From assembly GCA_013287335.1 (NCBI GenBank), contig JABDDZ010000001.1, positions 3,045 through 67,044 on the forward strand: DNA of 64,000 nucleotides, written 5' to 3'. Positions 17,604 through 26,930 of the stretch are shown here, piece after piece. A model generated the notes under the pieces. The model had not been told where the DNA came from. It made no database searches and was given only the letters and a program-made list of their open reading frames with translations. Made by a program: the position numbers and the translations under genes. Every line of letters starts with the position of its first letter. Position 1 is the first letter of the stretch. This stretch comes from Chlamydiota bacterium (GTDB taxonomy: Bacteria; Chlamydiota; Chlamydiia; Chlamydiales; JAAKFR01).

Positions 17604-18682
17604 AAAAATGCCGCGATTTCATTTTTTAGATCTTTAAGAGTTTTTTTCGCAAAGGCATATTTGTAGGTCTTTTCACGGATAGCTCTAAACTCCTCATCGT
17701 CTTTAAGATGCTTTTCAATGGTTGAATAGAGGTGGGGAAAATTTTCCGGTTCAATGGGAACTCCGCAGTTATAGAGAAAGACACCTTTATCATCTCTCCC
17801 ACGCCTCTCAGCATTTAAAAAGAAGAGGGGGCGATTGTAGGTTAAAAAATCATATCCAATAGAGGAGTAGTCGCCTAAATAAATATCGACCTCTTCTAAT
17901 AGAGGATAGATAAGAGGAAGATCATCGATAAATCGAATGTGTTGGCATCCGGAATATTTTTCACGTATGCGGGCAGACTCTTCGGGATAAAGCTGAAGGT
18001 GATAGGGGTGAGTTTTAACATAGATCTGTAAGTCTTCAGGGATTTTATCTAGAACAAAATGCGAGGCTTCAAAAAAAGAGGAGTAGTCAGTGCGCCACTC
18101 CGATTTAATATCGGGTGATGTCCAAGTGGGAGCGTAAAGGATTGTCTTCTTCCCATTCTTAGGAAAGAGGAGGGGAGCAATTTTTTTTTGAAAGAAGGAT
18201 TGATTTTCTTTGTAGTACTCTAAGCGGTAGTTTCCACAAATTACAGGATGGGGGATCCGGTCATAAACCCCTTTTTCTTTATGAAAGTCAATCATGAAAT
18301 CGCCATAGAAGAGTACGATATCCTCATTGGCTGATCTCTCTACCCAGAAGATATTTCTTTTTTTATCGGAATTTCCATGGAGCGCATAGATCGATTTGGC
18401 ACTGGAATGAAGAATGTAATCTCCAATCAAATACCCTCCCTCGCATTTCTTGTAATGGAAGACAAAAACTAAGGCGTCCACATCTTTTAAAAAAGAATCG
18501 AGGCAGTAATCCTGCGGACTAACAAGAGAGAGGCTCATGGGTGGGTAGTAGAGTTCTATGAGTTCAAAAACCCAGGGGTCTGTGCATAGAAGAGGGATAT
18601 CTAAAATCTGGCATAGCGGAACGAGATGGTCGATGAAGGAGATTGCCGAACCTCCTAAAACGCCCACAACTTTTTTATTCAT
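17600..18682 (-). CDS. CDP-glycerol glycerophosphotransferase (TagB/TagF family)
   Basis: Motifs KTILYAPTW, VKTHPY and IYLGDYSSIGYDFLTYNRPLFFL are typical of the Glyphos_transf family. The track start at 18718 is TTG; the first ATG is at 18682 (MNKKVVGVLGG). Confidence 0.7.
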   Translation of the reverse strand: MNKKVVGVLGGSAISFIDHLVPLCQILDIPLLCTDPWVFELIELYYPPMSLSLVSPQDYCLDSFLKDVDALVFVFHYKKCEGGYLIGDYILHSSAKSIYALHGNSDKKRNIFWVERSANEDIVLFYGDFMIDFHKEKGVYDRIPHPVICGNYRLEYYKENQSFFQKKIAPLLFPKNGKKTILYAPTWTSPDIKSEWRTDYSSFFEASHFVLDKIPEDLQIYVKTHPYHLQLYPEESARIREKYSGCQHIRFIDDLPLIYPLLEEVDIYLGDYSSIGYDFLTYNRPLFFLNAERRGRDDKGVFLYNCGVPIEPENFPHLYSTIEKHLKDDEEFRAIREKTYKYAFAKKTLKDLKNEIAAFL

Positions 18683-18740
18683 GCTCAAAAATATCTCATT
18701 CCCCACCAATAGAGTCAACCAAAGCCATTAACCCATTAAA

Positions 18741-18790
18741 CACAAAGCCACAAAGAAAAATTATAAATCTATCCTGCCTATCCTGTTATT
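18741..18790. repeat. Half copy of the dispersed repeat (degenerate module A followed by module B)
   Basis: cacaaagccacaaagaaaa, then atctatcctgcctatcctgttatt (18767-18790). The latter matches 42339-42362 almost exactly. Confidence 0.75.
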
Positions 18791-18821
18791 AAATTTTTTG
18801 AACGGAAACTAATAATTAATA

Positions 18822-19655
18822 CTAGGCAAAGGGTTTGTTGGAGGGGCCGAAGATCTTGTTTAGAAGAGCGAGTTCTTGTGTGTTGTTCTTTGCATAGGCA
18901 ACTTCGAGGAGGCTTTTAGCCTTTTGTTTGTCAAGAATTGACCCATACTCAAGTTTATCTTTGATGGAGAGAAGGTGTAGCATCTCCTCTTTGTCCTGGG
19001 AAGAGAGATGAGCCATTGCAATAGTCCCGCGGAAAGTTTGAGCCTTCCCCCGTGAATTTAATGAGTCATAGACTGTTGCAATAAACTGAGAGTGACCAGA
19101 GAGCTGCTGCACCTTATAGTGATCTTCAAAGTCTGTTAGAATATTCCATGCCGATTCAGGGGGAAAATATCCCTCCTTAATACCCCAGTTGATAAGTTCT
19201 TTTGTTTGGAGGGCATTCTGATGTTCCAGTTTTTCAATAGCACGGACGTAATCCTCTTTTGTTATTTCTGCTTTTCTAGCCTTTAGATCCACTTGATACA
19301 GGTGGGATCTAGAGGCGGCATTATGCATTTCAAAGAGTATAGAACGGATGAATTGGGGAATTCCCCGTCTTTTTGAGGAGTTGATGATGATCTGGCGGAT
19401 ATCATCCCGCCACATGGCATTCGCTGCATTCTCTCCTAACGGAGAAAAAGAGAGTCCAATAGGTCCCTCCTTTTCAATCTTTGCAAGGAGCTCTCTGACA
19501 GGGGGGCAGCGTAAAAGAATCTGTACGGGTTGGTTTAAAGAGGCCGGTACATGCGCAAAGTTACCTTTGGGGGTTTTTCGCATCTGGCTATGCACCATTT
19601 TAGGGATGGCTAAAAAAGCTGAGATAAGAATAAAAAGTGTAATCATTTTTTTCAT
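18822..19655 (-). CDS. Secreted hypothetical protein
   Basis: 277-aa ORF with signal-peptide-like MKKMITLFILISAFLAIPKMVHSQ; no recognisable domain. Confidence 0.6.
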   Translation of the reverse strand: MKKMITLFILISAFLAIPKMVHSQMRKTPKGNFAHVPASLNQPVQILLRCPPVRELLAKIEKEGPIGLSFSPLGENAANAMWRDDIRQIIINSSKRRGIPQFIRSILFEMHNAASRSHLYQVDLKARKAEITKEDYVRAIEKLEHQNALQTKELINWGIKEGYFPPESAWNILTDFEDHYKVQQLSGHSQFIATVYDSLNSRGKAQTFRGTIAMAHLSSQDKEEMLHLLSIKDKLEYGSILDKQKAKSLLEVAYAKNNTQELALLNKIFGPSNKPFA

Positions 19656-19709
19656 ATAGACCCCCCGAGGAGGGTCAATTATACATAAAAAACATTTATA
19701 ATTAAAGAG

Positions 19710-21800
19710 TTATATAACTAATTGCAGAAGTTCTTTTGCATGTTGAATAATATTTTCAACCGTAAAACCAAATTTTTGAAGAAGCTTTTCCAGAGGGGCC
19801 GAAGCTCCAAAGGTTGTCATCCCAATCGCGCGTCCCTCCAAGCCAATATAGCGCTCCCACCCAAAGGTAGATGCCTGTTCGACAGAGATTCTGGCAGTGA
19901 TATCGGGAGGGAGTATACTATTTCTATAGCTTTCATCCTGTTTTTCAAAGATCTCCCAGGAGGGCATGCTCACAACTCGGCACCTGATTCCCTCCTCATT
20001 CAACTTTTCATAGGCCTGCAAGCAGAGATGGACTTCACTTCCTGTTCCAATCAAAATAAGCTCTGCATTCCCATTTTTAGCTTCAGCTAGAACATAAGCT
20101 CCCTTATGCAATCCTTTCGCAGATGCGTATTTTTCCCGGTCAATTGTGGGGACGTCTTGCCTTGAGAGAATTAGCGCTACAGGTTCATGGTGGAGGGGCA
20201 TCAAATATCTCCAGGCCTCAACAACCTCATTTGCATCTCCGGGACGGATCACCGTTAGTCCGGGTATGGCGCGGAGGGAGGGGAGCTGCTCAACCGGTTG
20301 GTGGGTCGGGCCATCTTCTCCAAGGCCGATGGAATCATGGGTGAAAATATAAATAATTGGCAGCTCCATAAGAGCTCCTAGTCTAAAAGTTGGGCGCATA
20401 TAGTCGCTAAAGATTAAAAATCCGGCACCAAAGGCGCGGATCTTTGAGAGTGACAAGCCATTTAAAATAGCTCCCATAGCATGTTCGCGTATCCCAAAGT
20501 GAAAATTCGCTCCTCCGTAATTATCAGCCTCGAAATCTCCTGCCCCCTCATAGGTAAGATGCGTTTTGGTGGAGGGGGAGAGATCTGCAGCTCCGCCAAT
20601 GAGCCAGGGGAGTTTTTTAGCAACCTCATTAAGGACTTTCCCCGAGGAGACGCGTGTGGCCATCCCTTTAGTATTAGCTGGAAATTCCTTAATTTCGCTA
20701 TCCCACCCCTCTATGAGCTGCCTATGCTGCATCTGATAGAGCTCATTACCAAGCTGAGGATATTGTTGTTTATATTGATTGAAATGGTCGAACCACTCCT
20801 GTCTAAGCCAGTGGCCCCGATCGCCAATCCCATTTTTAAAGATCTTGTAGGTCTCTTCCGGTACATAGAATTTTGCGTTTTCGTCCCATCCATAATTCCG
20901 TTTTGTTAACCGGATTTCCTCTTCTCCAAGAGGCTCCCCATGAGCCCCCGCAGTGTCTTGCTTATGAGGAGAACCCCAGGCAATATGGCTATCAACAATG
21001 ATGAAAGTTGGGCGATCTTTGGTTTTTAGAAAAGTATTATAAGCCCTCTCTAGCATATGGAGATCATTTGCGTCGGTTACGCGGATCACATTCCATCCAT
21101 ACCCCATAAAACGGGTAGCAATATCTTCTGTAAAGGCAAGCTCTGTGGACCCTTCAATGGTGATATGGTTATTGTCGTAGATCCAGCAGAGGTTGGAGAG
21201 TTTTAAGTGGCCCGCAAGCGAAGCCGCTTCGCTGCTGACCCCCTCCATCATATCCCCGTCGCCGCAAATAGCGTAGACATTGTAATTAAACATCTCAAAC
21301 CCTTCGCGGTTAAAATGCTTTGCCATCCACTGGCTGGCTATAGCCATTCCAACACTATTAGAAACTCCCTGACCTAAAGGTCCCGTTGTCGTTTCAATTC
21401 CCGATGTCCAGCGGTATTCGGGGTGTCCGGGACATTTGCTATCGAGCTGCCGAAAGTTTTTAATATCCTCCAGAGTGACAGATAATGAACCAAGGCGTTC
21501 ATATTTTTCATTGACAGCGCGCGTTCCTGTAAGGTGTAAAAGAGAGTAGAGAAGCATCGAAGCATGCCCATTAGATAGAACAAAGCGGTCTCTATTGGGC
21601 CAAATGGGGTCAAGGGGGTCAAAACGTAAAAACCGGTTCCATAAGCAGTAGGCAACAGGGGCAAGAGCCATCGGAGTGCCTGGATGTCCTGAATTGGCCG
21701 CCTGGACTGCATCCATGGCCAGAGTGCGAATTGTATTAATAGCAAGTTCATCTTTTTTAAAATCAGCTTCTTGCTTTCCTGAATCTTTTATTTCGCTCAT
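19710..21800 (-). CDS. tkt: Transketolase
   Basis: AANSGHPGTPMALAP; GDGDMMEG thiamine-diphosphate motif; HDSIGLGEDGPTHQP. Confidence 0.95.
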   Translation of the reverse strand: MSEIKDSGKQEADFKKDELAINTIRTLAMDAVQAANSGHPGTPMALAPVAYCLWNRFLRFDPLDPIWPNRDRFVLSNGHASMLLYSLLHLTGTRAVNEKYERLGSLSVTLEDIKNFRQLDSKCPGHPEYRWTSGIETTTGPLGQGVSNSVGMAIASQWMAKHFNREGFEMFNYNVYAICGDGDMMEGVSSEAASLAGHLKLSNLCWIYDNNHITIEGSTELAFTEDIATRFMGYGWNVIRVTDANDLHMLERAYNTFLKTKDRPTFIIVDSHIAWGSPHKQDTAGAHGEPLGEEEIRLTKRNYGWDENAKFYVPEETYKIFKNGIGDRGHWLRQEWFDHFNQYKQQYPQLGNELYQMQHRQLIEGWDSEIKEFPANTKGMATRVSSGKVLNEVAKKLPWLIGGAADLSPSTKTHLTYEGAGDFEADNYGGANFHFGIREHAMGAILNGLSLSKIRAFGAGFLIFSDYMRPTFRLGALMELPIIYIFTHDSIGLGEDGPTHQPVEQLPSLRAIPGLTVIRPGDANEVVEAWRYLMPLHHEPVALILSRQDVPTIDREKYASAKGLHKGAYVLAEAKNGNAELILIGTGSEVHLCLQAYEKLNEEGIRCRVVSMPSWEIFEKQDESYRNSILPPDITARISVEQASTFGWERYIGLEGRAIGMTTFGASAPLEKLLQKFGFTVENIIQHAKELLQLVI

Positions 21801-21812
21801 CTTGCGACCTAC

Positions 21813-22181
21813 CTACTTTACTGTTTTGTATGTTGACCCAAATCCTAATATAAGAGCAGTGACAGCAATGACGACATTTAACCATGTTGTACCCATGTTA
21901 TTGGCGATAATGCCAAAAATGGGGAGCTGCTGGTAGACAAAGCCAAGGATTGCCCAAATAGCGTAGACAATGCCTAATATCTCAAAATAGAGACGCGTCC
22001 CTAAATAAGTGAAGAGCCCCACAACCACCCCTATCAATCCCGAAAGAAGATAAAGGAAGTTCACTGCCCAATTAATTTTAACGGCATTAAATAAAAGGTG
22101 ATTGGGAGTCACTTGAGGAATGCAACCCAAAATGCCGATAAGAATTAGGACAAGCCCGACTGTTATTGCAAAGCCTCTCAT
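21813..22181 (-). CDS. Small membrane protein, DUF4383-like
   Basis: Four hydrophobic segments. The pattern GILGCIP...LFNAVKINWAVNFLYLLSG resembles the DUF4383 pattern. Confidence 0.5.
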   Translation of the reverse strand: MRGFAITVGLVLILIGILGCIPQVTPNHLLFNAVKINWAVNFLYLLSGLIGVVVGLFTYLGTRLYFEILGIVYAIWAILGFVYQQLPIFGIIANNMGTTWLNVVIAVTALILGFGSTYKTVK

Positions 22182-22206
22182 AACTAATAATAATCTTTTT
22201 TTATAA

Positions 22207-22370
22207 TAGACTTCTTTCGAAATTCCATTTGGTCGTTAAAATTGCCATTTTTGACATATTTATCGTCAAATTTTTCGACCATATGTTTGTATATGCTCTC
22301 AAAATTTGCCAATAAGTCTGCTCAAAAATCATCAATTTTCCCAATCAAAACGAACTTCGAAAGAAGTCTA
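22207..22370. repeat. MITE-like element or long structured palindrome bounded by 15-bp perfect (25-bp imperfect) inverted repeats
   Basis: tagacttctttcgaa (22207-22221) is the exact reverse complement of ttcgaaagaagtcta (22356-22370). Pairing extends to 22/25. The interior contains further short stems (tttgac...gtcaaa). Confidence 0.7.
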
Positions 22371-22472
22371 ATGATCCTTTGTTTTTACACTGTTTGTCAA
22401 TAAATTTTTATATATTTTTTTTTCCAACAATGTTATCTTAAATATATAAAAATATATTTGTTTGAGGCATCT

Positions 22473-23561
22473 ATGGCGCAAGAAAAACAAGTTGTTGTGA
22501 TTACAGGGAGTTCCGGAAGAATCGGAACTCGTTTAATTGAAACGATTTCTAATAATTATCAGTGTGTTGGACTAGACTTTCTCGCTATTTCTCCGATTGT
22601 TCCCTCTATGGAATTTGTCTATGTTGACCTCTCATCGGATGAGAGCGTCGAAAAGGCTTTTAGTCGAATCAAGTATGCTTATGGTAATAGGATCACCTCT
22701 ATTGTGCATCTAGCAGCATTTTATAGCTTTACAGGCAAAAATCTAGAACTTTATGAGAAGATCACCGTGAAGGGGACAGAGCGTATTTTGAGATACTCTA
22801 AGGGGTTTGAGGTAGAGCAGTTTATCTTTACAAGCACCCTACTTGTCCATAATCCTACTACAAGAGGGCAGGTGATTACGGAAGACTCTCCGATCGAAGG
22901 CAAGTGGCACTACCCCGCCTCAAAAGTGAGAACTGAAAAACTGATCCGCGAGCAGCATGGAGATGTTCCAATTGTTATTATCCGTATTGCTGGCTGCTAT
23001 GATGAGGGGTGCAACTGCATTCCCATTTCGCAGCATATCGTGCGCATTTACGAAAAGCAATTTGCAAGCAAGGTTTTCCCGGGGGATGTGAACCATGGGG
23101 TGCCTTATACTCATTTTAATGATTTCTGCGAGATGGTTCAGGTTCTTATCCAAAAAAGAAAAGAGCTTCCCAAAGAGGAGATTTTTCTCTGCTGTGAGGA
23201 AGATTCGATCTCTTATTATGATCTGCAGCAGCAGATCGCCCAGCTTCTTTATGGAAAAGAGTGGCCTATGGTCCGCATTCCCAAATGGTTTGCAAAATTT
23301 GGCGCATGGGCTCAAGGGCTAGCTCCTGGACCTGCACCCTTTATCAAGCCCTGGATGGTTGATCTTGCCGATGATAACTATGAGGTCTCAATGAATAAGT
23401 CTCGGCAAGTGATAGGATGGGCTCCGAAGCGGCAGCTGCGCAATATTCTGCCAACGATCATCCAAAATATGAGGGCCGATCCAGTGGCCTGGTATAAAAG
23501 GCATAACATCCCTCTTTCAAGCTTTGTAAAGAGAAAAGGAAACGTTAAAGGTAAACTATGA
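22473..23561 (+). CDS. NAD(P)-dependent epimerase/dehydratase (extended SDR)
   Basis: VVVITGSSGRIGTRLIE Rossmann motif and YPASKVRTEK (YxxxK). I prefer ATG 22473 over the TTG at 22458. Confidence 0.75.
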   Translation: MAQEKQVVVITGSSGRIGTRLIETISNNYQCVGLDFLAISPIVPSMEFVYVDLSSDESVEKAFSRIKYAYGNRITSIVHLAAFYSFTGKNLELYEKITVKGTERILRYSKGFEVEQFIFTSTLLVHNPTTRGQVITEDSPIEGKWHYPASKVRTEKLIREQHGDVPIVIIRIAGCYDEGCNCIPISQHIVRIYEKQFASKVFPGDVNHGVPYTHFNDFCEMVQVLIQKRKELPKEEIFLCCEEDSISYYDLQQQIAQLLYGKEWPMVRIPKWFAKFGAWAQGLAPGPAPFIKPWMVDLADDNYEVSMNKSRQVIGWAPKRQLRNILPTIIQNMRADPVAWYKRHNIPLSSFVKRKGNVKGKL

Positions 23562-24898
23562 GCACGATTTTAAGTCAGGAAATGCGGGAAAAAGAGACCA
23601 GAACGCACCATGAAAAGCTGATTTGGACTCGCTTGGTCACTGTGGTTTTGGGGATTTGGCTTCTTGTTAGTCCTGAGACCTTTGGATATATGCACCAGCC
23701 ATCGACTTATAGCGACTGGATTTCGGGCGCCCTCCTGATCTTCTTTGGCTTTCTCTCTATGTCCTACAGATTTCGCTGGTGGATCTGGGGGGGAGTAGTT
23801 GTTGGGATTTGGCTTCAATTTGCCCCCTTGCTCTTCTGGGCAAAGGAGCCTGTTATCTATCTCAATGATACAATCATAGGTGTTTTGGCAATCTCTGTAG
23901 GGATCTTAGCACCCATAAGGCCGCACAGCTTGGATTTAGGGCCCGAGATTCCACTGGGATGGACCTATAATCCCTCTTCTTGGAACCAGCGGATTCCTGT
24001 CATCTTCTTTGCAATGGTGGGGTGGTTTATTGCCCGCTATCTGGCCTCTTTTCAGCTCCATTATATCAACTATGTTTGGGATCCTTTTTTTGGCATGGGA
24101 ACAGAGAAGGTGATTACATCGATGATCTCTCAGCAATTTCCAGTGCCTGATGCAGGGCTGGGGGCGATGGCTTATTCGCTTGAAGCTCTTATGGGAGCGA
24201 AAGGGAGCGCGCGGCGCTGGCATACCATGCCATGGATTGTTGTGATCTTTGGAATACTTGTTGTGCCTTTAGGTTTTGTGAGCATTCTTCTCGTGATGCT
24301 TCAACCCATAGCTGTGGGGGCATGGTGTGGACTTTGCCTGCTGATAGCTGTCTGCATGTTAGTGATGCTCGCGCTCACGGTCGATGAAGTTGTGGCTGTC
24401 TGCCAATATTTGAATCGAGTGAGAAAAGAGGGGAAGGGGTTCTGGGGGATCTTTTTGAAGGGATCCGCTTATTCCGAAAGGGGGGTCGATACACGAGATC
24501 CGGGTTTCCGCTGTTCGATCTGGAAAAATTTTAAAGCCATGGTTTGGGGGGTGACGGTGCCCTGGAATCTCCTTGCTACAACCTTAATTGGGATCTGGCT
24601 GCTTTTTTCAAACCACAAGCTTGGCTATACCGGCATTCTTGCAGATAATACAGATGTTTGCGGAGCGCTGATCGTTGTCTTTTCGGTTATTTCCTGGGCT
24701 GAGGTGATTCGGCCTTTCCGTTTTATTAATATGATTATTGCTTTGTGGTTTGGAGTGGCGCCTCTTATAATACCCGGTAATCCTGGACCTCTTATCTATT
24801 GGCATAGTGCAATCATCGCTACTATTGTGATTATTCTCTCTATTTTCAGAGGGAAGATCAGAGAGCATTATGGTCCTTGGGATAAGTGCATTTTTTAA
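23558..24898 (+). CDS. Polytopic membrane protein with a VKOR-like core (AWCGLC) flanked by SPW-like repeats
   Basis: FPVPDAGLGAMAYSLEAL ... AVGAWCGLCLLIAVCML parallels the bacterial VKOR pattern FGIPxAxxGxxAY ... AWCxxCL. The flanks have W..SP/AP-type TM pairs (LLVSPETFGY, LQFAPLLFW, FGVAPLIIPG). ATGA overlap with the epimerase gene. Confidence 0.5.
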   Translation: MSTILSQEMREKETRTHHEKLIWTRLVTVVLGIWLLVSPETFGYMHQPSTYSDWISGALLIFFGFLSMSYRFRWWIWGGVVVGIWLQFAPLLFWAKEPVIYLNDTIIGVLAISVGILAPIRPHSLDLGPEIPLGWTYNPSSWNQRIPVIFFAMVGWFIARYLASFQLHYINYVWDPFFGMGTEKVITSMISQQFPVPDAGLGAMAYSLEALMGAKGSARRWHTMPWIVVIFGILVVPLGFVSILLVMLQPIAVGAWCGLCLLIAVCMLVMLALTVDEVVAVCQYLNRVRKEGKGFWGIFLKGSAYSERGVDTRDPGFRCSIWKNFKAMVWGVTVPWNLLATTLIGIWLLFSNHKLGYTGILADNTDVCGALIVVFSVISWAEVIRPFRFINMIIALWFGVAPLIIPGNPGPLIYWHSAIIATIVIILSIFRGKIREHYGPWDKCIF

Positions 24899-25014
24899 AA
24901 GGAAGAGGTTGCCATTTTTCCTTTTGGTATGCTACTTTTCTTCCAATATTTAAGTTAAAAAAACATCTTCATGTGGCGTAAATTACTACTTCCCAGGGGT
25001 CCTTTTTTTTAGAC

Positions 25015-25848
25015 ATGCGCCATAACAGCCTAAAGACCTACATCTTTCCTGATGATCCTGTCGACGTTGTCATTCCCTGTATTGATAAAGACCTTGAGAC
25101 TTTAGAGCTATGTATTGCAGGGATTAGAAACAACTGTCCCCAAATTCGAGAGGTCATAGTTGTTTCATCTGAAAGACTTACAGAGAATGCTGCTTGGTTT
25201 GATGAGAGGCGTTATCCTTTTAGCAAATATGAGGTGGCCCTCAGCCTGTTTAATGGCGAAGATGAAAATGCCGAAAAGTACCTCTCATTACCTAACTCTC
25301 GATTGGGTTGGTACTATCAGCAGCTTCTTAAATTTTATGCTCCTTTCGTAATTCCAAATCTCTCATCTAATGCGCTGATGCTCGATTCGGATACAATATT
25401 TTTAAATCCCGTTGCGTTTTTAAACTCTTCTCAGGGAGGGTTATATAACCCAGGCTTTGAATATCACCCACCTTATTTTGTGCATGCCGCCAAACTGACT
25501 AACAATAAGATTAAGCGCCTTTATAAAATGTACTCGGGAATTTCTCACCATATGCTTTTTCAAAGAGCTGTGTTGGAAGACCTCTTTAAGCAAGTGGAAT
25601 CTTTTCATCATCAGGAGTTTTGGAGAGCTTTTTGTTCCTGTGTGAATAGAGAAGAGCTCTCTCAGATGGGGGCTTCGGAGTATGAGATCTACTTTAATTT
25701 TGTTCTCTCTCAGACAGATCAGGTCGCTATTCGCCCTATGCAGTGGAGAGATATCTCTGACATTAGAGAGCTGCCTCTTTGCAAAGAACTTGGGCTCCAC
25801 TATGTTTCTTGCCATCATTGGAAAAGAGCCGAAGCAAAAAAGCATTAA
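25015..25848 (+). CDS. Putative GT-A-type nucleotide-diphospho-sugar transferase
   Basis: VDVVIPCIDKDLETLELCI near the N-terminus, GWYYQQLLKFYA, and a DSD (DxD-like) motif in LMLDSDTIFLNP. Confidence 0.4.
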   Translation: MRHNSLKTYIFPDDPVDVVIPCIDKDLETLELCIAGIRNNCPQIREVIVVSSERLTENAAWFDERRYPFSKYEVALSLFNGEDENAEKYLSLPNSRLGWYYQQLLKFYAPFVIPNLSSNALMLDSDTIFLNPVAFLNSSQGGLYNPGFEYHPPYFVHAAKLTNNKIKRLYKMYSGISHHMLFQRAVLEDLFKQVESFHHQEFWRAFCSCVNREELSQMGASEYEIYFNFVLSQTDQVAIRPMQWRDISDIRELPLCKELGLHYVSCHHWKRAEAKKH

Positions 25849-25880
25849 AAAAGCGTGATGAATCTCTCCACCACGCTTCT
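25847..25880. terminator. Weak bidirectional hairpin between convergent genes
   Basis: Stem aagcgtg / cacgctt (25851-25857 and 25872-25878) with a 14-nt loop. It is flanked by an A-run on one side and T-rich sequence on the other. Confidence 0.3.
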
Positions 25881-25899
25881 TAAGTCTTCTAAGAATGGA

Positions 25900-26733
25900 T
25901 TAATCTTCTTTCTTTTCTTCTCCAACTCCTTGACTTTTTGCTAATGCTTCTAGCTCAGCAAAGTTTTTAATTACTCTAAGCTTTCCATCATATTCCAGGA
26001 ACTCACATTGAATTCTGGCAATCTCTCTCTCTAATTCGTTAATATTAGCTGCTTTTGTTATTTCTATATGAAATACATCTATTCCACTACTAATGTCTCT
26101 TGTACTGGCAGGTGAATATACTGTAAAACTTCTTTGCCCTTTATCATCTGCTTCGGTATGAACGTATATCATATACTGATTATACAAATGCATCAGAAAA
26201 TTCTGATTACCGAACAAATCCTTTACTTTCTTTGTTTGATCAGCATTACTAGGTATAAAAGATCTTTCTTTAATTGTTTTCCAAATCTTGCTAATTAATA
26301 TCGTGCCAACGCCTCCTCCTAAGACAACCGTATAACCAGTAATCCCAGCAGCGGTCATTGCTACGGGCAGCCAACTATAGGATTGAGTTAAAAGGGTATT
26401 AAGTTTGTCTAGATGTAGGAAGCTGAGATTTGCTTTTGCAAAGGCTGTGCCTCCAAGCCATCCTGCACCTCCTGTGGCAGCAGTAGCTAAAAGAGCTAGT
26501 GCAACAAGTGTTGCTACAATTGCTGCAATAATGGGGCCTTTGTGGTTGGAAACAAATGCCTGGAGACTAGTCTTAGTAGCAGCCTTAACAACTTCTTCAT
26601 CAGCATTCGAAACCTTATCTTTTACCTCTTTAGTCACCTCATCACTAATATGTGATTTAATCTGACTGCCATCTATTTCTACTTCTTCTATTTCTACGTC
26701 TAGTATGAATCTGTCTACTTCTGGTAAAGACAT
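25900..26733 (-). CDS. Inc-like membrane protein, paralog 1 (subfamily A)
   Basis: Acidic N-region; conserved core IIAAIVATLVALALLATAATGGAGWLGGTAFAKANLSFLHLDKLNTLLTQSYSWLP followed by a second hydrophobic lobe; ~130-aa C-terminal domain. AGGAG RBS. Confidence 0.8.
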   Translation of the reverse strand: MSLPEVDRFILDVEIEEVEIDGSQIKSHISDEVTKEVKDKVSNADEEVVKAATKTSLQAFVSNHKGPIIAAIVATLVALALLATAATGGAGWLGGTAFAKANLSFLHLDKLNTLLTQSYSWLPVAMTAAGITGYTVVLGGGVGTILISKIWKTIKERSFIPSNADQTKKVKDLFGNQNFLMHLYNQYMIYVHTEADDKGQRSFTVYSPASTRDISSGIDVFHIEITKAANINELEREIARIQCEFLEYDGKLRVIKNFAELEALAKSQGVGEEKKED

Positions 26734-26801
26734 CTTAGTTCTCCTAATTATTTTGTTTATTATTAACAGCTTGTCTCTGTTTGCTCACTATTATAACTTA
26801 A

Positions 26802-26830
26802 AATTATTTATACATAATTAAGAAGCACAA
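26802..26830 (-). promoter_or_regulatory. Sigma-70/66-like promoter of paralog 1 (TTGTGC-N17-ATAATT)
   Basis: On the plus strand, gcacaa lies at 26825-26830 and aattat at 26802-26807, with exactly 17 nt between. The same architecture occurs upstream of paralogs 2-4. Confidence 0.55.
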
Positions 26831-26930
26831 CATTTTTAAAAAATCTTATATTATATATAACTTTATCAGACCCAATTTGGCCACAGCATTGCCCTGATTG
26901 TATTGCTTCTTAAATCTTTTAAGAATGAGG

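Noticed and set aside
26405-26665. Conserved plus-strand ORFs antisense to paralogs 1-3 (26405..26665, 27505..27702, 28637..28999), all beginning M(S)RCRKLRFAFAKAVPPSHPAPPVAAVA.
   Set aside because: They are shadow frames of the near-identical lobe-1/linker DNA on the minus strand. Their conservation is explained by the sense genes. They have no RBS, and conservation ends where the sense-strand island ends.
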